A stretch of 62,610 nucleotides of DNA from Candidatus Omnitrophota bacterium (GTDB taxonomy: Bacteria; Omnitrophota; Gorgyraeia; Zapsychrales; Fredricksoniimonadaceae): assembly GCA_013287965.1 (NCBI GenBank), contig JABDCU010000008.1:1-62610 (forward strand), in the 5' to 3' direction. The notes under the pieces were generated by a model, which saw only the letters and a program-made list of their open reading frames with translations, did no database searches and had not been told where the DNA came from. The position numbers were made by a program, and so were the translations under genes. This document shows positions 45,215-57,198 of the stretch, in pieces (within the stretch, counting starts at the first letter, position 1; each line of letters opens with the position of its first letter).

Positions 45215-45377
45215 AGCGGTCATTTTTATAGCCGGATCCATCCTGACGATCTTAGGGATCACCCTGGTTTTGCAGCAATGGGAAGCGGTGGTCCTGGTGT
45301 TCAAGGCTTTTATAGGACCTATTTTGGCGGTGGCGGGGCTGGTCATTTTGTTTGCTTCCACTTTGAACAAGGCATGA
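45204..45377 (+). CDS. Small 2-TM membrane protein (58 aa)
   Basis: MWRKAVIFIAGSILTILGITLVL..ILAVAGLVILFAS... Overlaps the upstream gene by 11 nt and the downstream gene by ATGA. Confidence 0.45.
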   Translation: MWRKAVIFIAGSILTILGITLVLQQWEAVVLVFKAFIGPILAVAGLVILFASTLNKA

Positions 45378-46039
45378 AGACGGCAAAAATGCTTAAATTA
45401 GTCATTTTTGACCTGGATGGCACGCTGGTCAACGCCTACCCGGCGGTGAGCCGGAGCGTTAATTACACCCTGGGTCTTTTGGGCCTGCCTCCCCGTTCTC
45501 ACGCCCAGATCAAGCGCAGTGTCGGCGGCGGTGACCGCAAGTTGATGGTCCATTTCGTCGGGGAAAAATTAGCCGACCAGGCGATCGCTATTTACCGGCC
45601 CCATCATACTAAAGCGTTGAAGTTAAAGGGGGCGGTGAAATTATTGCCCGGCGCTTTAGGGATCTTGAAATTTTTAAAAGGCAAAGGGTATAAGTTAGCC
45701 ATTGCCAGCAACCGTCCAACCAGATTTACGCGCATCATTTTAAAGGTGTTGGACGTATTACCATTCTTTGATATAGTGCTTTGCGCGGATAAAGCTGCCA
45801 AGCCTAAACCTTATCCGGATATCTTGTGGGCCATTGCCAAGCGTCTAAGTCTTGATAGGGCAGAAGTTTTGTATGTCGGAGATATGACCATTGATGTCAA
45901 CTGTGCCCACAGGGCAGGTATACGTATGGTGGCGGTGAGTACGGGATCAAGTTCAAAGAAAGAATTAAAAGATTTGAAACCGTGGGCGTTTATCGGTAAA
46001 ATGAGTCAATTGAAAGAAATCCTAATGGAGGAGAAATGA
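45374..46039 (+). CDS. HAD-superfamily phosphatase (phosphoglycolate phosphatase-like)
   Basis: VIFDLDGTL motif I, ..IASNR.. motif II, ..YVGDMTIDV.. motif IV. Confidence 0.7.
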   Translation: MKTAKMLKLVIFDLDGTLVNAYPAVSRSVNYTLGLLGLPPRSHAQIKRSVGGGDRKLMVHFVGEKLADQAIAIYRPHHTKALKLKGAVKLLPGALGILKFLKGKGYKLAIASNRPTRFTRIILKVLDVLPFFDIVLCADKAAKPKPYPDILWAIAKRLSLDRAEVLYVGDMTIDVNCAHRAGIRMVAVSTGSSSKKELKDLKPWAFIGKMSQLKEILMEEK

Positions 46040-46116
46040 GCAAAAGATTACGTAAGGGCAAATTGAATTGGCGTTCCAAAAAAGCTAATCACGGTGCCAA
46101 ACCCGGCAAGGGCTGA
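46036..46116 (+). CDS. 26-codon highly basic micro-ORF (MSKRLRKGKLNWRSKKANHGAKPGKG)
   Basis: ATGA overlap with the HAD stop and GGAGGAG 3 nt upstream. 10 of 26 residues are K/R. Not in the ORF track because it is under 60 aa. Confidence 0.45.
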   Translation: MSKRLRKGKLNWRSKKANHGAKPGKG

Positions 46117-46119
46117 TTA

Positions 46120-47578
<1,459 letters not shown>

Positions 47579-47591
47579 GACTTAAACTCGT

Positions 47592-50500
47592 TCAATACCC
47601 TAGATTAGGTCCCAGCCATTTTTCTGCCACCTTTTCCGGCATTTTCTTTCGTTTGGCATAATCAATGATCTGGTCTTGTGCTATTTTGCCTATGGCAAAA
47701 TATTTTGATTGCGGATGGGCAAAATAGAGCCCGCAGACAGCTGCGGTAGGGAACATGGCAAAGGTTTCTGTTAAGGTAATGCCTGTTGCCTTGGTGGCAT
47801 CAAGGATCTTAAACAGGGTAGCTTTCTCCGTATGATCAGGGCACGCGGGGTATCCCGGGGCAGGACGGATACTGCGGTATTGACCCAGAATAATTTGATC
47901 ATCGCTTAAGTTCTCATCTTTAGCAAATCCCCAAAGTTCACGGCGGACCTTCTCATGCATGAGTTCCGCAAAGGCCTCAGCCAGGCGATCAGCCACTGCC
48001 TTGGCCATGATGCTTTTATAGTCGTCATGGTCAGCTTCGTACAGCGCGGTCAGCTCGTCTAAGCCAATACCCGTCGTGACAGCAAACGCCCCGATATAAT
48101 CTTTGACACCGGAAGATTTGGGGGCAATATAATCGGCATGGGATAAAAGAGGTTGGCCGTCACGGGCAATGATCTGTTGACGCAAATTATAAAGGATGTC
48201 CGTTACTTCTCGACGGTCATCATCCTTATAAAGTTCAATATCATCGCCCACCGCATTGGCAGGAAAAAACCCGACGACCCCATTGGCTTTGAGAAGTTTC
48301 TTTTTAATAATTTCATCTAAAAGAGCATTGGCATCGTTATAAACACGCTGGGCTTCCCTGCCTATGACAGGGTCTTTGAATATTTGAGGGAATTTACCTT
48401 TAAATTCCCAGGTGAAAAAGTAAGGCGACCAGTCGATCCGTTGGCGGATCAAATTCAAGTCAAAATCCTTAAAAGTCTTAACACCGATGAATGAGGGGGT
48501 GGTGATGTCGGCTTTTTTCCAGTCAGTGACAAGGCCTTGCTGCCGGGCTTTTTCGATAGGGACAAACGATTTAACAGATTGGCGGCTGGCATGTTCCTGG
48601 CGCAGTTTTTCATAATCAGCCCTGGTTTTATTGATGAGATCTTTTTTTAGTTGAGGTTCCATCAGGCTTCGGCAAACACCGACGCATCGGGAAGCATCCT
48701 TGCTATGGATGACAGCCCCCTCATAGGCCGGTGCGATCTTGACAGCCGTATGCGCGGGGGACGTGGTTGCCCCTCCGATCATCAGGGGGATCGTAAATCC
48801 TTGACGCTGCATTTCGCCGGCCACATTCACCATTTCATCTAAAGAGGGGGTGATAAGCCCGGAGAGGCCTATCGCATCGGCTTTGTGGTGTTTGGCTTGG
48901 GACAGGATCTTTTCACAGGCCACCATGACACCCAGATCAATGATCCTGAATCCATTGCAAGCCAGGACAACACCGACGATGTTCTTGCCGATATCATGCA
49001 CATCACCTTTAACGGTGGCCATCACCACGGTCCCGGCGACCTTAGCGTCCTGGTCTTTTTCTTTTTCAATAAAAGGGCTTAAATAGGCGACTGATTTTTT
49101 CATGACCCGGGCACTTTTAACAACTTGGGGCAGGAACATTTTGCCGGACCCGAAAAGATCGCCTACCACATTCATCCCTGCCATTAAGGGGCCTTCGATG
49201 ACATCCAGGGGCCGGCTGGAGCGTTTCCTGGCTTCTTCCGTGTCCTGGTCTATAAAATCAACGATCCCTTTGACCAGCGCATGGGAGAGCCGTTGGTCCA
49301 CAGGAAGACTGCGCCAGGCCAGGTCTTCTGTTTTTTTCTCGCCTTGGGACTTAACAGTTTCGGCAAAAGTAACTAACCGCTCCGTGGCATCCTTCTCACG
49401 GTTGAGGATGACATCTTCAATGATCTTCAAAAGGTCTTTGGGGATCTGGTCATAGACGGCGATCATGCCCGCATTGACGATGCCCATGTCCATGCCTGAT
49501 CTGATGGCATGGTATAAAAACACCGAATGCATCGCTTCGCGTACAGGATCATTGCCGCGAAAAGAGAAGGAAACATTCGATACACCGCCGGAGATCATGC
49601 AGCCGGGGCAGCTGGCTTTAATGAGACGGGTGGCTTCAAAAAAATCTTTCGCGTAATTATTGTGTTCTTCAATGCCGGTGGCGATCGCGAAAATATTGGG
49701 GTCAAAAATAATGTCATTGGGGGAGAAACCGATCTCTTCGGTCAATATTTTATAGGCCCGCTGGCAGATGCTGACACGTTTTTCCACTGTATCGGCCTGG
49801 CCGTTTTCATCAAAAGCCATGACCACGGCAGCAGCGCCATAATAAAGGACTTTTTTGGCTTGTTCTTTAAAAGAAGCTTCACCTTCCTTGAGGCTGATGG
49901 AATTAACGATCGATTTGCCCTGGACGCATTTAAGCCCTGCTTCAATGACAGACCATTTGGAAGAATCGATCATGATGGGAACGCGGGAAATATCAGGTTC
50001 AGAGCCGACGAGGTTCAAGAAGGTTGTCATGGCCTCCTTGGAGTTAAGCATGGCTTCATCCATGTTGATGTCAATGATCTGGGCACCGTTTTCAACTTGT
50101 TGACGGGCGACCACCAAAGCCTCATCGTATTTTCCGGCAATGATCAACCGGGCAAACTGTTTAGAGCCGGTGACATTGGTCCGTTCGCCTACATTGATAA
50201 AATTAATGTTCTCAGTGACGATCAACGGTTCCAGACCGGAAAATGAACTTAAATGTTTAAGTTTCGGCAGATCTCTTGGCGCAAGGCCGTTAACAGCGAT
50301 AGCCATGGCCTGGATGTGGGCGGGTGTTGTCCCGCAGCAGCCGCCGAGAATATTAATTAGTTTGCTTTGAGCAAATTCTTTGACAATGGCGGACATTTCA
50401 CGGGCTTCCATATCGTATTCACCAAAAGCATTAGGAAGGCCCGCATTAGGATAGCAGCTGACAAAACAGCCGGCAATGCGCGAAAGCTCGGCAATGTAGG

Positions 50501-51272
50501 CGCGCATATCAGCAGGGCCTAAAGCGCAATTTAAACCAATGGCCAATGGTTTGGCATGTTTAACAGAGATCCAAAAGGCCTCCGTGGTTTGTCCGGAGAG
50601 CGTGCGGCCGGAAGCATCGGTGATAGTCCCTGAAATAATGAGGGGCAGTTTATATCCGATCTTTTCACAGGTAGTTTCATAAGCAAAAATGGCAGCTTTG
50701 GCATTGAGGGTATCAAAGATGGTTTCGATCAGAATGAGGTCAACCCCGCCGTCAATAAGGCCTTTGAGCTGTTCTGAATAGGCCTCAACTAATTGGTCGA
50801 AATTAACGGCGCGGAAAGCCGGATCATTGACATCCGGGGAAATGGAGGCTGTCCGGGTCGTTGGGCCTATGGCCCCGGCCACAAAGCGTGGTTTAGCAGG
50901 GTCATTCCTGGTGAATTGTTCTGCCGTTTCTTTAGCAAGTTTAGCGGCGGCCACGTTTAGTTCATACACCAACCCTTCCATTTTGTAATCAGCCATGCTG
51001 ATACGATTGCTGTTAAAGGTGTTAGTTTCAATAATATCCGCGCCAGCTTTGAAATATTGAGCGTGGATCTCCTTGATGATCGCAGGCTGGGTCAAGGACA
51101 GAAGGTCATTATTGCCTTTAAGGTCGCTGGGCCAATCTTTAAAACGTTCACCGCGGTATTGGGCCTCGGTCAGTTTATGTTTTTGGACCATGGTTCCCAT
51201 GGCGCCATCGAGGATGAGGATGCGTTGGGAAAGGAGCCTGCATAAAATGCCGTATTGTTTGGAGAATTCCAT
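47592..51272 (-). CDS. metH: Cobalamin-dependent methionine synthase (full 4-module form)
   Basis: Hcy-binding ..GGCCGTTP.., pterin-binding domain, B12-binding [11 protein letters not shown] (DxHxxG), C-terminal AdoMet activation domain. 1226 aa. Confidence 0.95.
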   Translation of the reverse strand: MEFSKQYGILCRLLSQRILILDGAMGTMVQKHKLTEAQYRGERFKDWPSDLKGNNDLLSLTQPAIIKEIHAQYFKAGADIIETNTFNSNRISMADYKMEGLVYELNVAAAKLAKETAEQFTRNDPAKPRFVAGAIGPTTRTASISPDVNDPAFRAVNFDQLVEAYSEQLKGLIDGGVDLILIETIFDTLNAKAAIFAYETTCEKIGYKLPLIISGTITDASGRTLSGQTTEAFWISVKHAKPLAIGLNCALGPADMRAYIAELSRIAGCFVSCYPNAGLPNAFGEYDMEAREMSAIVKEFAQSKLINILGGCCGTTPAHIQAMAIAVNGLAPRDLPKLKHLSSFSGLEPLIVTENINFINVGERTNVTGSKQFARLIIAGKYDEALVVARQQVENGAQIIDINMDEAMLNSKEAMTTFLNLVGSEPDISRVPIMIDSSKWSVIEAGLKCVQGKSIVNSISLKEGEASFKEQAKKVLYYGAAAVVMAFDENGQADTVEKRVSICQRAYKILTEEIGFSPNDIIFDPNIFAIATGIEEHNNYAKDFFEATRLIKASCPGCMISGGVSNVSFSFRGNDPVREAMHSVFLYHAIRSGMDMGIVNAGMIAVYDQIPKDLLKIIEDVILNREKDATERLVTFAETVKSQGEKKTEDLAWRSLPVDQRLSHALVKGIVDFIDQDTEEARKRSSRPLDVIEGPLMAGMNVVGDLFGSGKMFLPQVVKSARVMKKSVAYLSPFIEKEKDQDAKVAGTVVMATVKGDVHDIGKNIVGVVLACNGFRIIDLGVMVACEKILSQAKHHKADAIGLSGLITPSLDEMVNVAGEMQRQGFTIPLMIGGATTSPAHTAVKIAPAYEGAVIHSKDASRCVGVCRSLMEPQLKKDLINKTRADYEKLRQEHASRQSVKSFVPIEKARQQGLVTDWKKADITTPSFIGVKTFKDFDLNLIRQRIDWSPYFFTWEFKGKFPQIFKDPVIGREAQRVYNDANALLDEIIKKKLLKANGVVGFFPANAVGDDIELYKDDDRREVTDILYNLRQQIIARDGQPLLSHADYIAPKSSGVKDYIGAFAVTTGIGLDELTALYEADHDDYKSIMAKAVADRLAEAFAELMHEKVRRELWGFAKDENLSDDQIILGQYRSIRPAPGYPACPDHTEKATLFKILDATKATGITLTETFAMFPTAAVCGLYFAHPQSKYFAIGKIAQDQIIDYAKRKKMPEKVAEKWLGPNLGY

Positions 51273-51389
51273 AATGAGTAGTATTCTAAGATAAAAATGG
51301 GCAAATAGGAAATATAATCATTGACATTAAAAGGGCACTATTCAATAATACCAACGTCCAATGATTAAACTAAGCCGTTTCCTGTCTTT

Positions 51390-53141
51390 ATGGGCGTAAA
51401 AATCTCATTATGCAACATTGCCTTGCGCGCACAGCCTGATCCTTTCCCTCCTGTGGCGTGCACCAGCATCATCAATTATTTAAAGCGCGGCGGCTACCAG
51501 GCGGAGTTCTTTGATATCGATGCGAAGCGTCCTTCAGACAAGAAAGTATTGGAATATTTTGCCAGGGAACGTTTTGATATTGTCGGCATCAGCGCGGTGG
51601 TCTCGACAGGGTATGCCTACACCAAAAACCTGGCGCTCCTGATCAAAAAGGGTTCCCCGTCAACCAGGGTCATTGTAGGCGGGAATTTGGCCGCGACCCA
51701 TGAAGTCCTCCTGAGAAAATGCGAGATCGATATTTGCGCCATCGGAGAAGGGGAGAAGGTGATGTTGTCCCTGGCCCGGTATTTTGACAAACATGGGGAC
51801 TTTTTCCCGGTGACGGAAGAGCTTAAAAATATTCAAGGGATAGCTTTTTTGGATGAGGACAATGAAGTGGTCCATACAGGCACAGGTGAATTGGTGCCCA
51901 AAGAGGAGCTTTCCCAGCCGGATTATGAAATTTTAGCGATGCATGACGGGGTGCTGGGGTCTTATGTGACCGACCCTTTTTTGCGCAATGATTTTCCCGG
52001 GGACCAAAGGTCGTATGAGCCCCATCGCAAAGGCCAAAAGTTGGCCACTCTTTTTACGGCCAAAGGTTGTGTGAATACCTGTACCTTTTGCCACCGTTGG
52101 GTAAAAGGTTATAGGGTGTTCCCGATGGAAAATATCATCAAAACGGTCAAGACCTTAAAGGAAAAACACAATATAGGTTTTTTTAACTTCGGTGACGAAT
52201 GTTTTGGCGAGGACATCCGGTGGTTAAATGAATTTATCCGTCAGATGGCCCCTTTGGACGTTCTTTTCCAGTGCAGCGGGGTCAGGGTCGGGCTTGTTAA
52301 AAAAGACCCGACAAGCATCCGCCGCCTTAAAGAGGCGGGAATGGTGGCCATCTATTTCGGGATGGAAAGCGGTTGTGACAAGATACTTTCGGTCATGGAA
52401 AAAAGGGCCAGCCGCGTGGATAATATCAGGGCGGCCAAAGCGTGCGCGGAGGCGGGGGTTTATACCGAGATCCAGCTCATTTTGGGAATGCCGGGGGAAA
52501 GCGATGAGACCGTCAAGGAAACAACGGATTTTACCATTGAAGTGACCAAAGACCTGCCGTATCCGCCAATGCTGAGCATTAATTATTTGCAGTCCCTTCC
52601 CGGCACACCGTCGTATGATTTTTTGAAGCACTATCATTTAGTCGGCAGGTCGGTGGACGAAGAAGAGCGCTATTTGCTGTCTGTTTCAGATGTCAACGCC
52701 TGTGAATTTTCCCATTATATCAATGTCACGCAATCGCCCTTGGGACGTGTCATGACGTGGCAAAAAAAGATGGTATTTTTGGCAAGGATCGCATGGCTAA
52801 AAGAGCATCATTGGAAATTCACCCCTGAGCAAAAGATAAAGGCATTCGGCAGGTCAGAAAACCCCTGGTGGAGCTTTAAATACTGGAAATTCGTTTTAAA
52901 GACTTCCCCGTTGGTTTATAGGGGCATAGATCTTTTAGGCGAAGCTTTTTGGGAAGGGATGGTGGTGCGCAATACCATTTCTATTTTTGGTTTTCGCAAA
53001 GCAGTATTGATATTCTTAGGGTTATCCAAGGACGATCGTTCAAAGTATCAAGTTGTCGGGAAATCATTGAAGAAGATCGTAGCAGACCTAAATACAACAA
53101 CAGCCGCCGCCACGCCCGTTCTCGTAAGCTCCTGCCGGTAG
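51390..53141 (+). CDS. B12-binding-domain radical SAM protein (class B)
   Basis: N-terminal Rossmann-like B12 domain (..FDIVGISAVVSTGY..VIVGGNLAT..). Radical SAM cluster motif CVNTCTFC (CxxxCxxC). Confidence 0.75.
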   Translation: MGVKISLCNIALRAQPDPFPPVACTSIINYLKRGGYQAEFFDIDAKRPSDKKVLEYFARERFDIVGISAVVSTGYAYTKNLALLIKKGSPSTRVIVGGNLAATHEVLLRKCEIDICAIGEGEKVMLSLARYFDKHGDFFPVTEELKNIQGIAFLDEDNEVVHTGTGELVPKEELSQPDYEILAMHDGVLGSYVTDPFLRNDFPGDQRSYEPHRKGQKLATLFTAKGCVNTCTFCHRWVKGYRVFPMENIIKTVKTLKEKHNIGFFNFGDECFGEDIRWLNEFIRQMAPLDVLFQCSGVRVGLVKKDPTSIRRLKEAGMVAIYFGMESGCDKILSVMEKRASRVDNIRAAKACAEAGVYTEIQLILGMPGESDETVKETTDFTIEVTKDLPYPPMLSINYLQSLPGTPSYDFLKHYHLVGRSVDEEERYLLSVSDVNACEFSHYINVTQSPLGRVMTWQKKMVFLARIAWLKEHHWKFTPEQKIKAFGRSENPWWSFKYWKFVLKTSPLVYRGIDLLGEAFWEGMVVRNTISIFGFRKAVLIFLGLSKDDRSKYQVVGKSLKKIVADLNTTTAAATPVLVSSCR

Positions 53142-53151
53142 TTGATCATTA

Positions 53152-54024
53152 TCAGCGTCGTTCGGCATTAATGATTACATCAACCGGATGGACCTTGTTG
53201 AGCGTGTAGAAATGCAGGCCGGGAGCGCCTCCCTGGAGGAGTTCCCGGGTTTGTTTTAGGCAAAAATCAATTCCCGCTGCATAAGTTTTTTCGCGGTCCT
53301 CTGCGATGGCTTCGAAAATATCATGCACTTCCTGGGGGACTGTGGCCCCGCACATCGCACAAAAGCGTACTAAGGCCGGATAATCAGTGATCGGCAAGAT
53401 CCCCGGGATGATGCGGGCACTGACCCCTAATTTCCTCAAGCGTTCTACATAATCAAAATAATCCTGGTTTCTGAAAAAAAGCTGGGTGATGACATAGTCA
53501 GCGCCCTTGGTCATTTTATTCTTTAAATATTGGGCATCCAGGTCCCGGTCAGGGCAAAGCATGTGCCCCTCGGGAAAACCAGCCACCCCGATGCTAAAAT
53601 GCTCTTTGAAATGCTCCCGGATAAAAGCAACTAATTCCCAGCTGTATTTAAAATTATCCTTCCCCGGCGCCCAGTTGGGATTGTCTTTAGGGGGATCTCC
53701 CCGTAAGGCCAGCACATTGCAAATACCGCGGCGTTTCATTTCGGTCAGGATGTCCTTGATCTCGCTTTTAGTGTGCAAAACGCAGGTCAAGTGCGCCACC
53801 GAGGGGACATGATGATGGTTTTGGATGTGCTCCACAATGTCCAGGGTCTTCTCGCGGCTGCCCCCCCCGGCCCCGTAGGTGCAGGAGATAAAATCCGGCT
53901 TCAGGTCACAGAGCTGATGGACGGTGTTGAGCAGCTTTAAATAACCTTCCTGTGTTTTGGGAGGGAAAAGCTCAAAAGAAAAGGTCAGTTTTTGATGGGC
54001 GAAGATGTCAGTGATTTTTTGCAT
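53152..54024 (-). CDS. metF: 5,10-methylenetetrahydrofolate reductase
   Basis: ..FSFELFPPKT.., ..CTYGAGGGSR.., ..HLTC.., ..ALRGDPP.., ..GFPEGH.., ..ITQLFF... Confidence 0.9.
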   Translation of the reverse strand: MQKITDIFAHQKLTFSFELFPPKTQEGYLKLLNTVHQLCDLKPDFISCTYGAGGGSREKTLDIVEHIQNHHHVPSVAHLTCVLHTKSEIKDILTEMKRRGICNVLALRGDPPKDNPNWAPGKDNFKYSWELVAFIREHFKEHFSIGVAGFPEGHMLCPDRDLDAQYLKNKMTKGADYVITQLFFRNQDYFDYVERLRKLGVSARIIPGILPITDYPALVRFCAMCGATVPQEVHDIFEAIAEDREKTYAAGIDFCLKQTRELLQGGAPGLHFYTLNKVHPVDVIINAERR

Positions 54025-55378
54025 TTTGATTTATCCAAATGCCGATGCTGATTAAATAGAGCGGGGCAATGGGCAGCGCGTAGCGGGTGAGGATAAAGAA
54101 GAATGAGAAAAATAAAATATATAGGAAGACCAGCAGGCCTATGAGAAACCCCAGCGGATTTCTTTGCGGTGCGAAAGCTTGAAGCCATATGGATACAACA
54201 GCCATCAGGGAGACCAGGGAGGCCAGGAAGCGCAGGCCGTTATTGAGGATCTTAATATCATAAATTCTTTTCAGCCAATGAGGATAGTCGACAAATCCGA
54301 TCTGGGTCGATTCCCAGAAGAACATTTTTAACCCTTCCACGAGGGTCAATAGGGTGTACTGAAAAGGATTGTGAAGGGCTTTTTGGGCAGAGGCCCTGAT
54401 CAGGGCGGCATTTATTTCTTCATGGGACAGGTGCCGGTTGATCAATCCGCCTTCTTCATCATGCCCTAATTGATCAGATTCCCGGTAAGACCAGAAATCA
54501 CATTCCTGGGCCCCGAATATACTGTTACAGACGCCTTCCCCCGGGGCGTAGGCCAAAGCCTCCGCGAATCTTTTAACGGTCAATGGCTGCATCCGTCGGG
54601 CGGTATTGCCGTAAAGGGCCCATGAGGCGCGGTTGGTGATGGCGAAATTGCCGTTGTATTGCTTGTTGAGCCATTTATAGCCGGTGATAGGGACATAGAA
54701 AAAACTTACCGCGGCGGCCAAACAGAGCAAAAGCGTTGTTATTTTTTTTGATTTTTCCGTTAAAGATATAGTCATAAAGAAAATGATCAAATAAACCGGG
54801 CTGACGCATTCAAAAACAGCTTTGATCAGCGTTGCCGCTGCCAAGAGTATCCCTAATAATGCGCTGTAACCCATGGCCCCTTGCCGGTTATTTTGTTTAA
54901 TAGCTTCCCAGGCATAGTAACTGGCCAGGACTATGCCTAAAATAAACGGCAGTGCTGAAATTTCCGAATACAAACTGAATGCGGTATTATTTAAAGCAGG
55001 GGACAAGGCCAGATAGGCCAGCACTAAAGCGCAGACACCGTCGCGGATATTTAACAGGCGCAAGATCTTATAGGTCAATGCTTGTGTCAAAAGCAGGATC
55101 AAAACGCCAAAGATAGCCATTATTCTGACATAGGCAAGACCCGTGATATGTTCAAGGTGCATGGATGCGGCCACCAATAAGGGATAGATCGGTTCGCGGT
55201 TGGGGCCGGTTTGAAAATAGCCAAGCAAGCCATGGTTTTGCAAAAGACGCCCGAGGTCCTGGTAGCCGATAGCGTCACAGGAGATGTTCATCCTGGTGGC
55301 GTGCGCCAAATAAAGCCAATAGGCCAGGGACAATAGAAAAACAGCGATGATGCCCGGAGGCAATGAGGTCCGTTTCAT
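54008..55378 (-). CDS. ArnT/PMT-like (GT39-type) GT-C membrane glycosyltransferase
   Basis: Polytopic. The first loop ..CDAIGYQDLGRLL..REPIYPLLVA.. resembles the PMT_2 pattern. The 3' end overlaps the metF start by 17 nt. Confidence 0.55.
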   Translation of the reverse strand: MKRTSLPPGIIAVFLLSLAYWLYLAHATRMNISCDAIGYQDLGRLLQNHGLLGYFQTGPNREPIYPLLVAASMHLEHITGLAYVRIMAIFGVLILLLTQALTYKILRLLNIRDGVCALVLAYLALSPALNNTAFSLYSEISALPFILGIVLASYYAWEAIKQNNRQGAMGYSALLGILLAAATLIKAVFECVSPVYLIIFFMTISLTEKSKKITTLLLCLAAAVSFFYVPITGYKWLNKQYNGNFAITNRASWALYGNTARRMQPLTVKRFAEALAYAPGEGVCNSIFGAQECDFWSYRESDQLGHDEEGGLINRHLSHEEINAALIRASAQKALHNPFQYTLLTLVEGLKMFFWESTQIGFVDYPHWLKRIYDIKILNNGLRFLASLVSLMAVVSIWLQAFAPQRNPLGFLIGLLVFLYILFFSFFFILTRYALPIAPLYLISIGIWINQNAKNH

Positions 55379-55482
55379 TTTTTAGATTGCAATCCTATGG
55401 GTTATCTTTTAATATTGACTATCTTATCAGCATTGTTTCTCTCACACAAGGGCAGGGTCAATTTTGTGGCCCATTATTTCTT

Positions 55483-57198
55483 ATGTATATACTAGGCATA
55501 AGCAGTTATTCACATGAAGCTTCCTGCGCTTTGATCAAGGATGGAGAGGTCTGTTTTGTCATTGAAGAAGAGCGTTTGAACCGTGAAAAACATACCTGGA
55601 AATACCCGGCCAATGCCATTGCCCAGTGTCTGGCCTGTGAGGGGATCACGATGGCGGAGATTGACCACATTACTTTTTTCTGGAAACCTGAGCTGGAGAT
55701 ATTAGGGAACATAAAACACGTTTTGAAATATTTTCCCCAAAGTTTGAATTTACTGCGCGCTTCTTCCGGCGGAGGTGAGCTTTCAGTTTTAAACAGGCTG
55801 TCTTTGAAGAAAGGTATCGGGAAAAAAATAGCCCAGCAATTTGGTTTAAAGAAGGTCCCCCCGGTGCATTTTATTGAACATCACCTCGCCCACGCGGCCA
55901 GTGCCTTTTTTGTCAGCCCGTTCCAGGAAGCCGCCATCCTGACCCTGGACGGCCGGGGAGAGTCTACCAGCACCATGATGGCAAGGGGGCAGGGTAACGC
56001 GATAGAAAAATTGGCGGAGATCACGGTGCCGCACTCGCTGGGGCATCTTTACGCGGCAGTGACGGACTATCTGGGCTTCAAACCGTTTTTTGATGAATGG
56101 AAGGTCATGGGCATGTCTGCCTACGGTCAGGACACCTATGCGGCCTCATTCGCCAAGATCGTCGATCTTCTCCCTGATGGGACTTACCGCCTGAATTTAG
56201 ATTATTTTTCTTTTCATACCCATGGCAGCAGCCGCTGGGTCAGCGATCTATTCCTTGCCATCTTTGGGCCTAAGCGGCGCAAAGACCAGGCCTATGACCA
56301 GCGTCATTTCGATGTGGCGTATGCTCTTCAGAAAACCATTGAAAGGGCAGGCGTGCATCTGGCCCAAGGCATTTGGGAGCGTACAAAATCAGATAATCTG
56401 TGCATGACCGGCGGGGTCGTGCTCAACTGCCTGATGAACAAGAAGATCATCGAAGAGTCGCCTTTCAAGAATTTCTTTTTCCAGCCCATCGCCAATGACG
56501 CGGGGACATCCCTGGGCAGCGCTTTGTATTATTACCACCAAATATTGAAGAAGCCCCGCGTGGAAGTCTTTGAGTCTCCCTATTTAGGCATGCAGTACAG
56601 CAATGAAAGCATTGAGGCTGTTTTAAAAGAAAAAGGCGTGCCGTATGTCAGGACCAATAATATTGCCGGTGACACCGCTAAACATATTTCCCAGGGCAAG
56701 ATCGTCGGATGGTTCCAGGGGCGCATGGAAGCCGGTCCCCGGGCCTTGGGGCATCGCAGCATCGTGGTTGACCCGACTGACCCTGCCATGAAAGACCGGC
56801 TTAACGCGCGGGTCAAAAAACGGGAAATGTTCCGCCCTTTCGCGCCTTCGGTACTGGAAGAACGCGCCCAGGATTATTTTATCATGCCTAAAGGGCAAGC
56901 TTCGCCGTACATGATCCTGATCGCGGATGTTAAAGAAGACAAAAAACCACTTTTGCCGTCGATAACGCACCATGACGGCACGGCCCGGGTGCATACCGTC
57001 AGCCGTAAGACAGCCCCGGAATATTGGCAGCTGATCACGGAATTCGAAAAGCTCAAAGGTGTCGCGGTCTTGCTTAATACTTCTTTTAATGAGAACGAAC
57101 CGATCGTGGCCACCCCGCAAGATGCTGTTAATTGCTTTTTGCGCACGGAGCTGGATGTCCTGGCCATCGGGGATTTTCTGGCGGTAAAAAAACCATGA
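55483..57198 (+). CDS. NodU/CmcH-family carbamoyltransferase
   Basis: MYILGIS.YSHEASCALIKDGE....EEERLNREKH, ..HHLAHAASAF.., C-terminal ..LNTSFNENEPIV... The track start at 55363 overlaps the divergent gene. Confidence 0.85.
   Translation: MYILGISSYSHEASCALIKDGEVCFVIEEERLNREKHTWKYPANAIAQCLACEGITMAEIDHITFFWKPELEILGNIKHVLKYFPQSLNLLRASSGGGELSVLNRLSLKKGIGKKIAQQFGLKKVPPVHFIEHHLAHAASAFFVSPFQEAAILTLDGRGESTSTMMARGQGNAIEKLAEITVPHSLGHLYAAVTDYLGFKPFFDEWKVMGMSAYGQDTYAASFAKIVDLLPDGTYRLNLDYFSFHTHGSSRWVSDLFLAIFGPKRRKDQAYDQRHFDVAYALQKTIERAGVHLAQGIWERTKSDNLCMTGGVVLNCLMNKKIIEESPFKNFFFQPIANDAGTSLGSALYYYHQILKKPRVEVFESPYLGMQYSNESIEAVLKEKGVPYVRTNNIAGDTAKHISQGKIVGWFQGRMEAGPRALGHRSIVVDPTDPAMKDRLNARVKKREMFRPFAPSVLEERAQDYFIMPKGQASPYMILIADVKEDKKPLLPSITHHDGTARVHTVSRKTAPEYWQLITEFEKLKGVAVLLNTSFNENEPIVATPQDAVNCFLRTELDVLAIGDFLAVKKP

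Noticed and set aside
49527-50246. 239-aa ORF antisense to metH, and similar shadow ORFs (16955-17428, 8572-9006, 56623-57201, 44963-45370)
   Set aside because: Each lies fully inside a confidently identified gene on the other strand and shows no motif content.
51273-51389. Cobalamin or SAM riboswitch upstream of metH or the radical SAM gene
   Set aside because: The divergent intergenic region is only 117 bp and lacks any recognisable B12-box or SAM-I core. It has a possible TTGACA (51321-51326), 17-nt spacer, AATAAT promoter for the radical SAM gene, but I did not consider that strong enough to list.
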